A stretch of DNA of 64,000 nt from Octopus bimaculoides (GCF_001194135.2 NC_068990.1:18188613-18252612); one strand, 5' to 3'. Counted from the first letter of the stretch, positions 1 to 13,285 are shown. Translations and numbers: made by a program. The notes: generated by a model not told the origin, from the sequence alone.

Positions 1-59
1 AAAAAAAAATAAGTACGTTGTATTGGTTGGTGGTGGGGACAGTTTTTCGATTAAACGTT

Positions 60-112
60 TCAGAGCGGTGCCCCAGAAAGGCTGCATCCAATGACTGAAA
101 GAACTAAAAGGT
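60..112 (+). mobile_element. SINE family A 3' tail fragment
   Basis: gcggtgccccag...atgactgaaagaactaaaag matches the family A tail at 43700-43770 and 61490-61540. Confidence 0.65.
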
Positions 113-736
113 GCAGGCAGTTGTACTCAGTAGTGTAAGCAAAACCACGCAATAAAAGCAAACCAACAGAAAAAAGGGTAAAAATAAACAATTAAATGAA
201 GTTTATTTCTGTAAAGGCACTAGATTGCCAATTCGAAAATTTGAGCAAAGAATCGAGTGGAAAAGCTGTTTTGAGAGCGGGAGTTAAAATACACCTCCGG
301 CGTTTCGTTATGCTTTTTAGCTTTAGCCGGATATTTGTGTTTTACATTACTTGGTTTTCCTTCTAGCTGTCGGCTGTAAATCCTAACATTTCAGCAGAAA
401 AGTTAATAAAAATAATCACATATGAATGGATAGTGCTCCTCATTTAACAGTGTAGCAACCGAATCTATGTATGATAACAAGAATGTGTGAAAAGAATATA
501 TTATATATTGATACGTTTCGCATAAAACAGCGCGGGATAAGATGTGTCACACATATGTAAGCATCCTTATTTAGCCTTGTCAAATAAATGATTTCTGATC
601 ACGTTAACATTCCGCTCTGGGTTTTAACCCCTTAAAATAAGGAATCGAGGAAGAAGCCTATAAACAAAAATGCGTTTTGGGCTGGGTTTTAATAGAGTTC
701 CTTGCTTGGAATTCTAAAATTGGGATAGATAGTAAT

Positions 737-953
737 ATTGGTTTCAAATTTTGGCACAAACCCAGCAGGTTTGGGGGAAGAACTAAGTCGATTACATTGA
801 CCCCAGTGTTTAACTGGTATTTATTTTATCGACTTCGAAAGGATGAATGGCAATGTAGACTCTTGCGGCATTTGAAGTCAGATCGTAAAGACGGATGAAA
901 TACTTCCGAGCATTTTGACCGCCGTAGTAACGGTTCTGTCAGCTCGCCGCCTT
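737..953 (-). mobile_element. SINE family B, near full length
   Basis: Reverse complement aligns with copies at 12742-12934, 33690-33906 and 40384-40592 (aaggcggcgagctg head, ttcaaat B-box-like motif, tcgataaaataaatacc, gtaatcgact, ttgaaacca end). Confidence 0.85.
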
Positions 954-1849
954 AAAAGTGAAAGACTGGGTGAACTTGGAGCTACGTCGTTTCGTTTAAC
1001 AGTCGAACGCGCAAATTCGAACGCGCAAATTGGCTCCATCTTTATTACTCGAGCTGCCATTTCCCCATCAGGTTACACTCTACTAATAATGTAGACATAG
1101 ATTAAGCATATGTCTGAATAAATGACGGGATGGTCTTCCGTTAGAACGCTTTTGGTCATAGATTTTTTCCAATAAGGATACTGGACTATTTTATCGATTC
1201 GAGGAAAAGTTTCGAGTGACAGATATAATCGAAACCTGGTGCTACTCTGTGACGCCAGTCTGCCAGTTATAGACATTTCTATTGTTCATGGCAGTGGCTA
1301 TTCATCCCTGCTAAAGTTGCTTTATTATCAAAAACATTCCTGCCATGATCCTCATGTATTTCTTCCAGGCGTAGTGTATCTAGGCCTACAATAGTATATG
1401 TACCATTTCAGATAGAAGATTATCAGTTGTAAGAAATTTAACTGTTATGTTTAGCGGACCATCAAACACGTAGAAGCTCTTTTGTACACATATCATCCAT
1501 TAGCCTCCAGTCTATGTTGAGGCTATGTTCAATGTTAAACATCATAAAGACTAGACAAGAAAGAAAAAGAAATGCAAAAACAAGGCATACTGGTTTTTGT
1601 AAGAGAGCTGAGTGTATTTTTACAAAAACAAATACCAACATGTTAAATATGAACTTGTTCAACGCGGGTATCGACCATCTTTAGGAGAAGCAATGACACT
1701 AACAAGTGCGGAAATATGCCATTACAATATTTGATAATTATGTAAAAGAGAAACGCTGCAGCTGGTGAAAATAAATATCCAGTGTGGTTATGCAAGAGGG
1801 AGCATGTAAGCATGCTGAGTGCATGAGTGCAATAGTGCATACATGCATA

Positions 1850-2017
1850 CTTACTTACATTGATATATACATACATTGATACGTACATACACACACATAC
1901 ACTTGTGTAGGTAGATATAGATGTACATATAGCTATATATATATGTATATGTATATATTGCAGGTGTATATGAATGTGTGTATACACACACAAACACAGA
2001 GATACACATGCACTCAA

Positions 2018-2054
<37 letters not shown>

Positions 2055-2107
2055 CATATAAAATATAATGCAATGTATATATCTATATGTATTAACACAC
2101 ACGCACA

Positions 2108-2158
<51 letters not shown>
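1850..2158. repeat. Compound (TACA)n/(TA)n/(CA)n microsatellite
   Basis: Directly visible; source of the CVCV/HTHT/YIYI ORFs. Confidence 0.95.
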
Positions 2159-2160
<2 letters not shown>

Positions 2161-2439
2161 ATGAAGTGCACTTGCGTGTAAAACTTGGTTTGCAATCGTG
2201 TCATATGACGAGAGTAGGAGCCATGTCGTCAGCGGGCTGTGATAGTGAATGATTTCCCTCCAATGCGCGTTTCCATTATTTCTCAATTTCACATATTAAT
2301 TCACTGGTATTGAATCGATAACCATGATTAGTCATATAGATATGTGAAACCAGATGAACGCCAACTCTTATTCTCAATAATACACACACATAGAAAAACA
2401 CATTCACTCAAAATTGCATACGTACATTATTATGAATGG

Positions 2440-2500
<61 letters not shown>

Positions 2501-3612
2501 GGCTATGGTAATTAACTGTAATATATCTTTCATTTTATTTCTTTATGTAACCCCATGTATTAATTCATATATAAACCAACATTATTATATTTATATGTGT
2601 ATGCATCTGTCTGTTTGTTTTCATATATGCGAGTAAACACATACTCAAACATCCTACACATGTACACAGACTTACAAACACACAAACAGACACATAAGCC
2701 GATAAGCAATCGTCATACACATACACACGCGTGAAATTATTACTATAAATAAAAATAAAGGCACCTAGAGATGTAGATTGATATGTTCACAACAATAGAT
2801 TGAAAACATGACTACGGATATATACATACATGCATAAACACACAAACATACATACATACATACATACATACATGTATACATGCATACATACATACGTAGA
2901 TACGTACACACACTTACATACATAAGCATACACATATACGTTTATAACTAATCATTTCCTTTTTGTCTCAGTGTCCTGCTCCGCTCGTTTTGTCAGTCAG
3001 TCTGTGTGTCTGTTGTCTGTCTGTGCATGTCTATCTATCTTTCTGTTTACCTGATTGCTTGTCTTCCTGTCTGTCTGTCTCTTTCTGTACGTGTGTATAT
3101 TTTACTTTAACACACACACACACACACATACGCATAACTGGTGAATGAATATCGTCGTCTCATGTCTCCTCTCTTACCATCTGTATTAAAATAAAAAGGA
3201 AAATGCAAGACATTTGGCATCGAAAGAAATATTCAATTTAGATAGAGAATATAAACATACATTGTCTGTAACAGCTGTTTCTAGAATAACCAAACATGTG
3301 GGTCATGATATTAAATAAGAATTCCATAATCTGAATATTCCACCATCGGTGAAGAAGAAGTAAAAACTGAAAATTAATGTATTCCAGTGTGAAAGAGGTT
3401 ATGAGAATAAAATAGGTATACCTTACGCAGTTCCAAGACAAATAAATAATAAAAATATAAGTAAGGTCCATTAGCAGTTCCCAATGAAAATGATCGATGA
3501 TAATCCACGTGGAAATTACCAGTTCCAATATAAAATAGTGAGTGAATCAGAGTTGTGCAGCAACAATATACTACAATGTAAAGGAAAGATAGAGTAGTAG
3601 ACGTACTAAAGC

Positions 3613-3684
<72 letters not shown>

Positions 3685-4208
3685 NNNNNNNNNNNNNNNN
3701 NNNNNNNNNNNNNNNNNNNNNNNNNNNNNNNNNNNNNNNNNNNNNNNNNNNNNNNNNNNNNNNNNNNNNNNNNNNNNNNNNNNNNNNNNNNNNNNNNNNN
3801 NNNNNNNNNNNNNNNNNNNNNNNNNNNNNNNNNNNNNNNNNNNNNNNNNNNNNNNNNNNNNNNNNNNNNNNNNNNNNNNNNNNNNNNNNNNNNNNNNNNN
3901 NNNNNNNNNNNNNNNNNNNNNNNNNNNNNNNNNNNNNNNNNNNNNNNNNNNNNNNNNNNNNNNNNNNNNNNNNNNNNNNNNNNNNNNNNNNNNNNNNNNN
4001 NNNNNNNTATATGTATTTATTTTCTCTAAGTTAATAATTAACTCCAACAAAATAAATTGGTTAATAGATACCAGGGTAGCAAAAATCACAAAACGACTGT
4101 GATGTAACTCCTGTTTATGAGATAGAAACTCCTTGTTATTTTGGGTACTTGAGTAAATATATAAATTTAGTAAATAGAGTAAAACGCATATGTTAAATGA
4201 ATTCTTTT

Positions 4209-4298
4209 ATTTCCAACATATGTTTCGAAGATTACAAGTTATACCTTCCATAGGAATAGGTGATGTTGATAAGGATGTAATCTTCTCTTCAGGGAAAT
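4209..4298 (-). ncRNA. Minimal type I hammerhead ribozyme
   Basis: Minus strand reads ATTTCC-CTGAAGA-GAAGATTACA-(39 nt)-TGTAATCTTC-GAAA-CATATG-TT-GGAAAT: 6-bp helix I, intact CUGANGA/GAAA core, perfect 10-bp helix II with G10.1-C11.1, 2-bp helix III with palindromic AUAU loop, GUU cleavage triplet. Confidence 0.8.
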
Positions 4299-4604
4299 TC
4301 ATAGGAACCAGCTTAACCGTAAGACATTTTAACTGAATATGATAACTGTAGTTAGAGAAGATTGCTACGTAACTTATTTGAAAAAACCGTTGGAGGTTGG
4401 AACGCTACTAGACAGTACGTTGGGCAAGAAGGGAAGAAAGGAAGGAAAAAAGGAAAATTAGAGTTTAGAATTGGGAGATAATAAGATGATTTAAATCCGA
4501 TAAAGATTGGAGAAGAATGTTTTGTGTATAATGGGACCGTAAAGGGGAGTTAATCCTGTATTTATACAAGTAGTGTTGACATAAATGTGTATAATCATAT
4601 ATAT

Positions 4605-5070
4605 ATTAAGCTCTACAATAATTTTGGGAGCTGTACTTTTGTGATCCATTCTAACAATTCGCGTAAGAGTCCGATGGTCCATATTTGAAAGTTTTGGTTT
4701 TCTTCCGGAGTTTTGTTTCGGCGCGAAGGTTTTCCCCTCTTTCTTTCTCAAAGGCTGTGATTACTTTAGAGACAATACTTCTTGATGCACCAAACATTTC
4801 GGCTGTTTGCGTTATGCTAGCGCCTGCCATCCGAGCACCAACAATTTCACCTCTTTGAAAGTCCGATAGATTTGTCATTTTAATGAATTTTAATTACCTT
4901 TTTCTGAAAAGATATCTGAAAAGAAACACAAATTTTAGCAAAACATATAAAGCAACGCCAATAATAAATAAATAAAAAAAACATAAAATAAACAAGGTTT
5001 TGACGGTTTTATAGATATTTCAAAATTATGATGCTAAGATGCTATGTGTTTCCATTATTTTGTCCAACAC
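4605..5070 (-). mobile_element. Tc1-like transposon 5' part: probable TIR, 5'UTR and frameshifted N-terminal HTH region
   Basis: MTNLSDFQRGEIVGARMAGASITQTAEMFGASRSIVSKVITAFEK, frameshift near 4745, then GKTFAPKQNSGRKPKLSNMDHRTLTRIVRMDHKSTAPKIIVELN (Tc1 paired-like HTH plus GRKP motif). TIR-like GTGTTGGACAAAATAATGGAAACAC at 5046-5070 abuts the gap. Confidence 0.9.
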
Positions 5071-6269
5071 NNNNNNNNNNNNNNNNNNNNNNNNNNNNNN
5101 NNNNNNNNNNNNNNNNNNNNNNNNNNNNNNNNNNNNNNNNNNNNNNNNNNNNNNNNNNNNNNNNNNNNNNNNNNNNNNNNNNNNNNNNNNNNNNNNNNNN
5201 NNNNNNNNNNNNNNNNNNNNNNNNNNNNNNNNNNNNNNNNNNNNNNNNNNNNNNNNNNNNNNNNNNNNNNNNNNNNNNNNNNNNNNNNNNNNNNNNNNNN
5301 NNNNNNNNNNNNNNNNNNNNNNNNNNNNNNNNNNNNNNNNNNNNNNNNNNNNNNNNNNNNNNNNNNNNNNNNNNNNNNNNNNNNNNNNNNNNNNNNNNNN
5401 NNNNNNNNNNNNNNNNNNNNNNNNNNNNNNNNNNNNNNNNNNNNNNNNNNNNNNNNNNNNNNNNNNNNNNNNNNNNNNNNNNNNNNNNNNNNNNNNNNNN
5501 NNNNNNNNNNNNNNNNNNNNNNNNNNNNNNNNNNNNNNNNNNNNNNNNNNNNNNNNNNNNNNNNNNNNNNNNNNNNNNNNNNNNNNNNNNNNNNNNNNNN
5601 NNNNNNNNNNNNNNNNNNNNNNNNNNNNNNNNNNNNNNNNNNNNNNNNNNNNNNNNNNNNNNNNNNNNNNNNNNNNNNNNNNNNNNNNNNNNNNNNNNNN
5701 NNNNNNNNNNNNNNNNNNNNNNNNNNNNNNNNNNNNNNNNNNNNNNNNNNNNNNNNNNNNNNNNNNNNNNNNNNNNNNNNNNNNNNNNNNNNNNNNNNNN
5801 NNNNNNNNNNNNNNNNNNNNNNNNNNNNNNNNNNNNNNNNNNNNNNNNNNNNNNNNNNNNNNNNNNNNNNNNNNNNNNNNNNNNNNNNNNNNNNNNNNNN
5901 NNTATATATATATTTTGTACCACTCTCTTATTCTTTCATTCTTTCAGTTTTTCTTTCTTTCAGCCCCTTCACACTTCATTCTTTCCACTCTTCTTTCTTC
6001 CGCTCCCCCTCTCTCAATTTCCTGGCCTTCCCTTCATTCTCACCCTCCATCCACTTTTACTTCATGCTGTTCCTTTCATTCATGTTGATCCATTCGAAGT
6101 GTTTATGAAATTTATGCGTTGGTGTTGGTGGTTACGTTCATGTTATAGGTTGTATTTAATCGAAATATTCCCCGGTTCTCCATAAAGATTTCTATGAATA
6201 GATTCCGAGAATCTAGTTCATTATATATATATATATTTCCATGTTAAAACGTCTACTTGCTAATGCTTC

Positions 6270-6435
6270 ATTGTAACCCTGGAATACGGTTGGAAATGTC
6301 TCTACCAGAATGTAATTTGGAAATTCTACTCACGCCAGATGCGATGTTCTTAGTTTTAGCTGATGGGTGATTGGAATCTCCAAGTAGTATGTAGTAGTCG
6401 CTACATGTAGTCATACCTAGTGTGATGTCTAGCAT
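6270..6435 (-). mobile_element. Possible LINE apurinic-endonuclease remnant
   Basis: Minus frame DYYILLGDSNHP resembles the IxxGDFN motif; no other endonuclease motifs recognised. Confidence 0.25.
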
Positions 6436-6724
6436 TTAATTACAATTGTAAGAATTACATAGGGATTGTCAGATCGTTTTTGAATTTAAACGTGCACTTC
6501 CTAGTCATGTCATAGGAAAATTCTAAATTCCCGTTTGGGAGCCATCTAGATTTAAGGCGCTCTTTTATTGGTGTGTACCTCTGAGTTAAAATATTCGAGT
6601 CCTTCAGAAGTGTTCGCTCCGCCTGAGGTCTTCAAGAAGACGCTGTGTACTGGTTCAATCATTAGTTTTTAGTCACAAATATTGGATAAAATGTGTATGT
6701 GTATATGTATGTATGTATGTATGC

Positions 6725-6773
<49 letters not shown>

Positions 6774-6795
6774 ATACTTTATATACAAGTACACG

Positions 6796-6827
<32 letters not shown>

Positions 6828-7827
6828 CATACATACATAGATACATACATATTAACACATACACATACACACATATATAAATATATATATATTATGAGAG
6901 ATAGACAGAGAGAGAGAGTGAGAGAGATTAGACATCTATAAGTGGATTCCAAATTTCCGTTTAATTAAGTAAATAATAAGATATTTTTACATAATTTAAA
7001 TCTCCACAACTAAGGCTTTATAATTACGTTTAGATTTATATCTCCATTATACATATTTCAGCTGTTCTTTACTACACTGTATATATATATATATATTAAT
7101 TCGTTACCAGCCGAACAAGAGTGATAAAAGATATTTACCTCGAAACTAATCTGAAAGATTACTAATTACTTTTGTGTTTCCTTAAGAGACAAATTAGATG
7201 ATTTTAACAATACCTTCTAATTTAACAGTTAACGCTTTCACATAATTATTTGTAGAATTATTCGCTTTAGACAAGTTTCAGGCATTGTGAATTAAATTAC
7301 AAAGTGTTATATTTCTGTTTATTTTCTGCTTTCTGTCTGTCTGTCCCCCCCCCCCACAAACACAACCAAACATGCACGAAGATATAGTACAGTATAAGAC
7401 AGGATAATAATATGTGAAAGTGCTTGACGTCTTTACATGCGCTTCATTGACAATTATAAAGTGAATACGTATTATTACATGTAAGATTTATATGCATCAC
7501 ATTTCATCAGAACTCTTATGAGAAGTGAGGAGCTGTGAATAATGAGAGGTATGTATAATTGTTTGGCTATTTTAAGTGGAGATGTAGAAGATAAGGAGAA
7601 GTACAGTCTAGTTTCACCTTAAAGGGTCACATAAAAAGATTCTGTTTAAGAACTTACACTAAACAGACTGTCAGAATGATCTATTACTTGAAGGCAGAAT
7701 TAGATGACATTTGCAAGGGTCAGAAATTATCAAAGATAAAAATAAGACAGAAATATCAAAACTGTGGAAAATAAAATAAGTAGATATAAGGCAGACACGT
7801 GGACACATTTACGATATATATACATAC

Positions 7828-7911
<84 letters not shown>

Positions 7912-8309
7912 ACAAACACGCACATTATATACTGCCTTATTTACCTATCTATCTATCGATCTGTCTGTCTGTCTGCTGTCTGTCTGTCGATATTATCTCT
8001 ACTGAGTACGCATTTTCCCGGCAGATAACACTAAACGGGTATATATATACATACTCTCTCATCTATTTGGGATTTGAGAGTAGTCTTGTATTATTTATCA
8101 TTGTATATAAGCAAACACGAGATTATTCAAAATATTAAGAATTGATGCAACAAAAGGTTCATATCTATTTCACAAAAACAATATAAGTGAATAGAGCTGG
8201 CGTCAATCAAAATATAATCCAGCTTAAAGATTATAAGTAGATTACCTTAATTCTTGATTGGCTTCTTCTTGTGCAAAAGAAACACAGGAAAGATAAGCGG
8301 GCTCAAAGT

Positions 8310-8498
8310 TAGGAAATATCGTTAGCACGTCGACCAACAATGTTTAGTACCATTTCTGAGTTCAAATTCCCACCGAGGTTAACTTTGTCTTTTATCCTTT
8401 CGGATTCAATAAAGTAAAGTAACAGCGAAGTACTGAGATCGATGTAATTGAGTTGCTTTTTCCTCTCAAAGTTACTGCTTTTGTGGCAAAATCTGAGA
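8310..8498 (+). mobile_element. SINE family B, degenerate
   Basis: atcgttagcacgtc...ctgagttcaaattcccaccgaggttaactttgtc...gatcgatgtaattgag. Confidence 0.8.
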
Positions 8499-8509
8499 AC
8501 ATATCATAT

Positions 8510-8732
8510 CGAGTCGTTAGTTGGTTGAATCGTTAGCATATCGGACAAAATCTTCAGGAGCACGTCTTCGGGGGTCTTTATGTTTTCCAGTTGAAATCCA
8601 GCCCAAGTCCACTTTATCTTTTATCCCTTCAGGATCGATAAAATATAGTTCCAGTCAAATCCTGGGACGGATATAATCGACTTGATGTTCCCCACCACTT
8701 CAAAATTGTTGGCCTTGTACCCAATTTGATAA
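8510..8732 (+). mobile_element. SINE family B, degenerate, head-to-tail with previous copy
   Basis: gaatcgttagcatatcggacaaaat...ggatcgataaaata...ataatcgact...ggccttgtacccaatttga. Confidence 0.8.
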
Positions 8733-9231
8733 AATATTTTAAAAACTGGAACGTCGTCTTATATATTTTTACTTTGAATTATTCTAGAATAGAATTTAGG
8801 ACTGTAATTGATCTGAAATGAAATGGAAGTTTTTTTTTCAACTGGATTCAGAAACAAGCCAGTTGCAGATCTGCTCCTCAGGAATTAGCTATTTGCTTAG
8901 AGCATGCACCATTATATTCATTCGAATCTTGGAATTTTGGATACATTCCTATTTAGTGTATTAAAATTTTTAATTTACTATTTTATTCTCTCTGTCTGTC
9001 TCTCCGTATGTACGTAAGTATGTATGTATGCATATATGTATGTATGTATGTATGTATGATTTTCTTTTGAGTTTAATTTAAGTTCTTGAGAAGGTTCAAG
9101 CCGGTCGCTAACGAAGTGATAAGACTTTTTGAGTTAAGAGAGTTCCCGGTGTTTGTAAACATATGGTTAAGTTTGTATATTGGTTGAATTGACGATGCAT
9201 ATACCCAAGTGTGTGCATCTATACAAATAAG

Positions 9232-9362
9232 AGAACCTTTGGAATCTCTTACAAATCCTCACTGTACCACTAATAGATTGGATTTGGAGGAGGATCCGCG
9301 TCAGTTTCTTCTGCACTTTTTCTGTGAAACCGAGTACTTCTAGGATTTTGTGCAAATTTGTT
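9232..9362 (-). mobile_element. Extreme C-terminus of an RLE-type (R4/Dong/NeSL-like) non-LTR retrotransposon ORF
   Basis: NLHKILEVLGFTEKVQKKLTRILLQIQSISGTVRICKRF resembles the LG...LQ..S..GT..I.K.F terminal motif after the restriction-like endonuclease. Confidence 0.5.
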
Positions 9363-9390
9363 GTCTGTCTGCCTGTCAGTCTGTCTGTCA

Positions 9391-9471
<81 letters not shown>

Positions 9472-9565
9472 ACATTCATACATACACATGAACATATACG
9501 CACTCATACAGGCGTACAGTTGCATACATGGATACAAACAATTATCAGTAATAGAAATGCTTATG

Positions 9566-9662
9566 GAACAAGAGGTCATCCGTACCAACAGGTCAACATT
9601 TTCGCTCTTATGATGCTGAGTATTTCATTACAGAAAATCGGGAGCTGAAATCGCTTCCAACC
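9566..9662 (+). mobile_element. CR1/L2-like LINE 3' end remnant
   Basis: GTRGHPY followed by a decayed FF..WN.LP-like segment (tatttcattac...tgaaatcgcttcca). Confidence 0.45.
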
Positions 9663-11875
9663 AGATTTGAACTCAGAATCTATTTCATCATATGTATTTA
9701 TGTTTTGCTTCAGAGAGCATTGGAATTGAACTGTCTTTCTCTTCCATATCCCAATAAATGATTGAAAAATTTTCGAATATGTAAGATTCAAATCATGTGG
9801 CTATTTTAATCAACTACGATCTTTCATATTTTTGTCTTCTATGTAAAAGAAAAAATTAAAATATCATAATATAAATACATCACATATCAATATTTTATAC
9901 ATTGACACATCTCCAAACACTTCATTAGCTTCGCCTGTGCTACGTCTGGAAATTCTTTAACTAGTTTCTTTTAATAAAATTATGTTCTCTTAAGGTAAAA
10001 TGTAATTTTCTCTCTGCCGGAATAATAATCAAGTTATTCCGAGTGAGACATGTTAACTATATGAACCAACCACACTCAAATGCCATGTTAGACTCGCACC
10101 AAGGATGCAGTTAGCGAAAAGGTGACCGCTCCACTCCATGGATAAGAAACCTTCGGCATGGTAAATTTAGACAATCGCCCCAACAACCTATAGCATATAA
10201 CAAGAGTTTAGTCACTTCACGACTTTGTTTATTCATGAGTTTCTTTTTGTAAAATCTTGCAGAGATACATTTTCGAGAGTGGTGCTTACAGTTATTTTGG
10301 TAAAATTAAAAAGAAAAGAAGCAAAATCGGAGGTGACTTGAATCGTCCTCGAACCCCTGATAATTTCCGTCATTTTCGCATGTTTTCTCTTAAAAAATAC
10401 TGTGGGGTTTGTTTTGAGGAAGAATTTAGCTACTGATTCTGAGGAAAAACGCGAATTCAGTCAGGAAAAACTCATTATTCTCACTTTAATTATTAACGAC
10501 TTGGTGGCACAGCGAAAAAGTAAAATGAAAAGGATCAGTTGAGGATTGACCCTATACCTCAGCTATGGCCTTATGAGTGATTAACACAAATCTACGCTTA
10601 TCCTTCCGATTCTAGAAATTGCTAAGTATACATGTATATTGAAAGAGCGATGCTAACTGATTTAAGACATCAATTTGTAAGTAGATATCGCAAAAAAAGT
10701 GTTTATGTTTGGTAAAAGTTTCATACATTTTATAAACTTAATGGAACACCAATTAATGCCAATCATCTGACAACATACGATGCATTATGCTATCATATAA
10801 AAGCACAGCAATTCGTTTCGGATATTGATTTCTTAGTTTGTTAATATCAACGACTTTACCGGAAGCGGATTGTATCCCCTTTTGATGAAAACGGAAATTA
10901 GGTTGCTGAAATATTAAGCTGTGATATACAAATCTCGTATTTTCTGTATTAAATTGAGCATGCTGTTAACAACACTGTCAGCTGCAAAATAAACACAATT
11001 ATCCTTTCGTGAAAAGCTACTAAAAATCAGTAATTACATTTCAAAATCTGATCAGATTTCACATTTTGTATTATGTAACTTGTTTTAATGGAAATTACTG
11101 ATCCGTAGTACTATGGAGTGCATCTCGAATGCAATTTCGTGGTACGGTTACAACTAAGTTCCTAGTTCGTATCCTTACAAGATAGATGTGAAAAGAACAT
11201 ACATATAAAGGTGTTGATCACCAGAAAACTGCTGAAGTGAACGAGACCCTTGTTAATGTTACAATGTTGCTATTGTTATATACAGTAGAAGTAGCGGATA
11301 TAAGTACCCAACGTTAAGAAAACTACTTACGAATATAAGTATAAACCAAACTAAAATTTATTTTATTTTATAAGCGTCGAAATGTGTATTTTAAGATACA
11401 CTTAAGATGACAATTATTTTCGAAAGCAAAATCGCCGTTAGAACAGCAGAAATACTGGGTAAATTACTTACGAATATTCTTGCGAACAAGAGTATAATAT
11501 AGTCTTAAATACACTATAACCGGAGTAAAAAAAATTCGTGGAACATCTTTAATTATAGACTTCAATTAGCTACCCAACAACGGCCATTAACAAAGGATCA
11601 TGTTTTGATCCTTTTCTCCTATCACAACTTTGACTCATGTTGGAGCATCTTAGCATCCAAAACATTAAATATGGTATCATTCATATAACTACTATATCGC
11701 TAAATTATGAATGTGATAACGCCCGCTCCCCACTTTCGCCCGAATAACACATATCTAATCATCCAAGGAAGGATCCCTTGGTATAAATCTAGTGTCGACA
11801 GCACGTGGGTTGATGGCTTTTAGATACACGTTTTGTTTCACAATTTGTTTAATTCTAACACATATAGGCTCAAGT

Positions 11876-12180
11876 AAGGCTGTGTGGTTAAAAAAACTCG
11901 CTTTACCACCACGTGGTTTCGAGTTCAGTTCCATTATGTGGTGCATTGAACAAGCCCCAAGCCGACGAATGCTTTGTGAACGAATTTGTTGAGGGAAAGT
12001 GTGAGGAAGCTCGTCCTATATATGTATATATGAGTGATTGGAGTGTGACTTTGTGCTTATTTCTTTACATTTATACTCTCCCCCGCAGCTTGACAGCTGC
12101 TGCTGATTTGTTTACGTCTTCGTAATCTAGCGAACCGAAAAAAGCGGACGATAAAATAAGCACCGCAGAGCACATTCTTG
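11876..12180 (+). mobile_element. SINE family A, degenerate
   Basis: ggctgtgtggttaa A-box, gagttcagttcc B-box, internal (TA/TG) tract, gcttgacagc...gtttacgtc...gataaaataagcac. Confidence 0.8.
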
Positions 12181-12400
12181 GAATAAACCTTATATCTCAT
12201 TACTATTTGATACTTTTATTTATTTTATGTTACTTGAATTCCATATATTTTCTCCAAACCCATTTTATTACACACCGTGTACTTCATTATTATTTATGTT
12301 ATCTATTGATATACTTTTTGACATTTCGAATCTTATTCATTTATTTTAATTGCAATTTAATTTTTAATACTATTAAGTCATTAGTAAGTATATTACTTAG

Positions 12401-12469
<69 letters not shown>

Positions 12470-12741
12470 TGTATCTAAGCAAACATGCAATTGTATTAAT
12501 ATATATGTCTGGAGACAAATGCCATATTTCATATGTAGTACCTAAAGATTGGATGCGTTTTGCCTATTCCTGGCGCCAAACTTTGATACCATAATCTGCT
12601 GTCTTGCTTCGAAGAGAATTCTGTTTTATTGATGGTCATTAACCGCTCATAAACTGAAAATTCCAATTTGGGAATAAACGAATTCACCACTCCATTAAGT
12701 ATAGCTCATATTCCTTTTGCTGCTTCTGCTTTATTGGTCAC

Positions 12742-12934
12742 TAGTACGCCGGGAAACATACTCAGTGGCATTTCGTCCCTATTTACATCCTGAGTTCAAA
12801 TTTTGCTATGGACGACTTTGCTTTTCATTCTTTCGGGGTCGACAAACAAGTACCAGTTGAGTACTGGGTTGATGTAATCGACTTATCCACTCCCCCTGAG
12901 ATTGCTAGCCTTGTGTCAAAATTTGAAACCAATA
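12742..12934 (+). mobile_element. SINE family B
   Basis: ctgagttcaaatt...ttcggggtcgacaaacaagtaccagttgagtactgggttgatgtaatcgact...atttgaaaccaat. Confidence 0.9.
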
Positions 12935-13227
12935 TCGCACAGTAGTTAATTACAACATTGGAATTGTTGATGACTGTTTGACTCCCTCTCCAAGCTAGAG
13001 AATATTTTAATCTGACCTCCTCCCGAATCGAACTGTTTGATCGGTCACTTAATATAATATCTCCAGCCTGCGATAATTTTTGCATTGTCTGTTTTAAATA
13101 CTCTCTTCCTTTGGGTATTTAACATACTCTAATCTATATATTCAAAAACAACAACTACAACAACACAATATTTTATATATAAGTGAACAATTGCACGAAA
13201 GAAAACGGTAATTAATAGCTTATTTCT

Positions 13228-13285
13228 TTTTATTTACTAGTTTCAGTAATTAGACTGTGGCCATGTTGGGGCACCGACTTGATTT
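13228..13285 (-). mobile_element. SINE family A 3' tail fragment
   Basis: tagtttcagtaattagactgtggccatgttggggcaccg is the reverse complement of the family A tail. Confidence 0.7.

Noticed and set aside
980-1075. Minus-strand GAAACGACGTA with upstream CTGATGG, plus a 14-bp tandem duplication tcgaacgcgcaaat
   Set aside because: The core has G in place of A9 and no helix I or II is evident.
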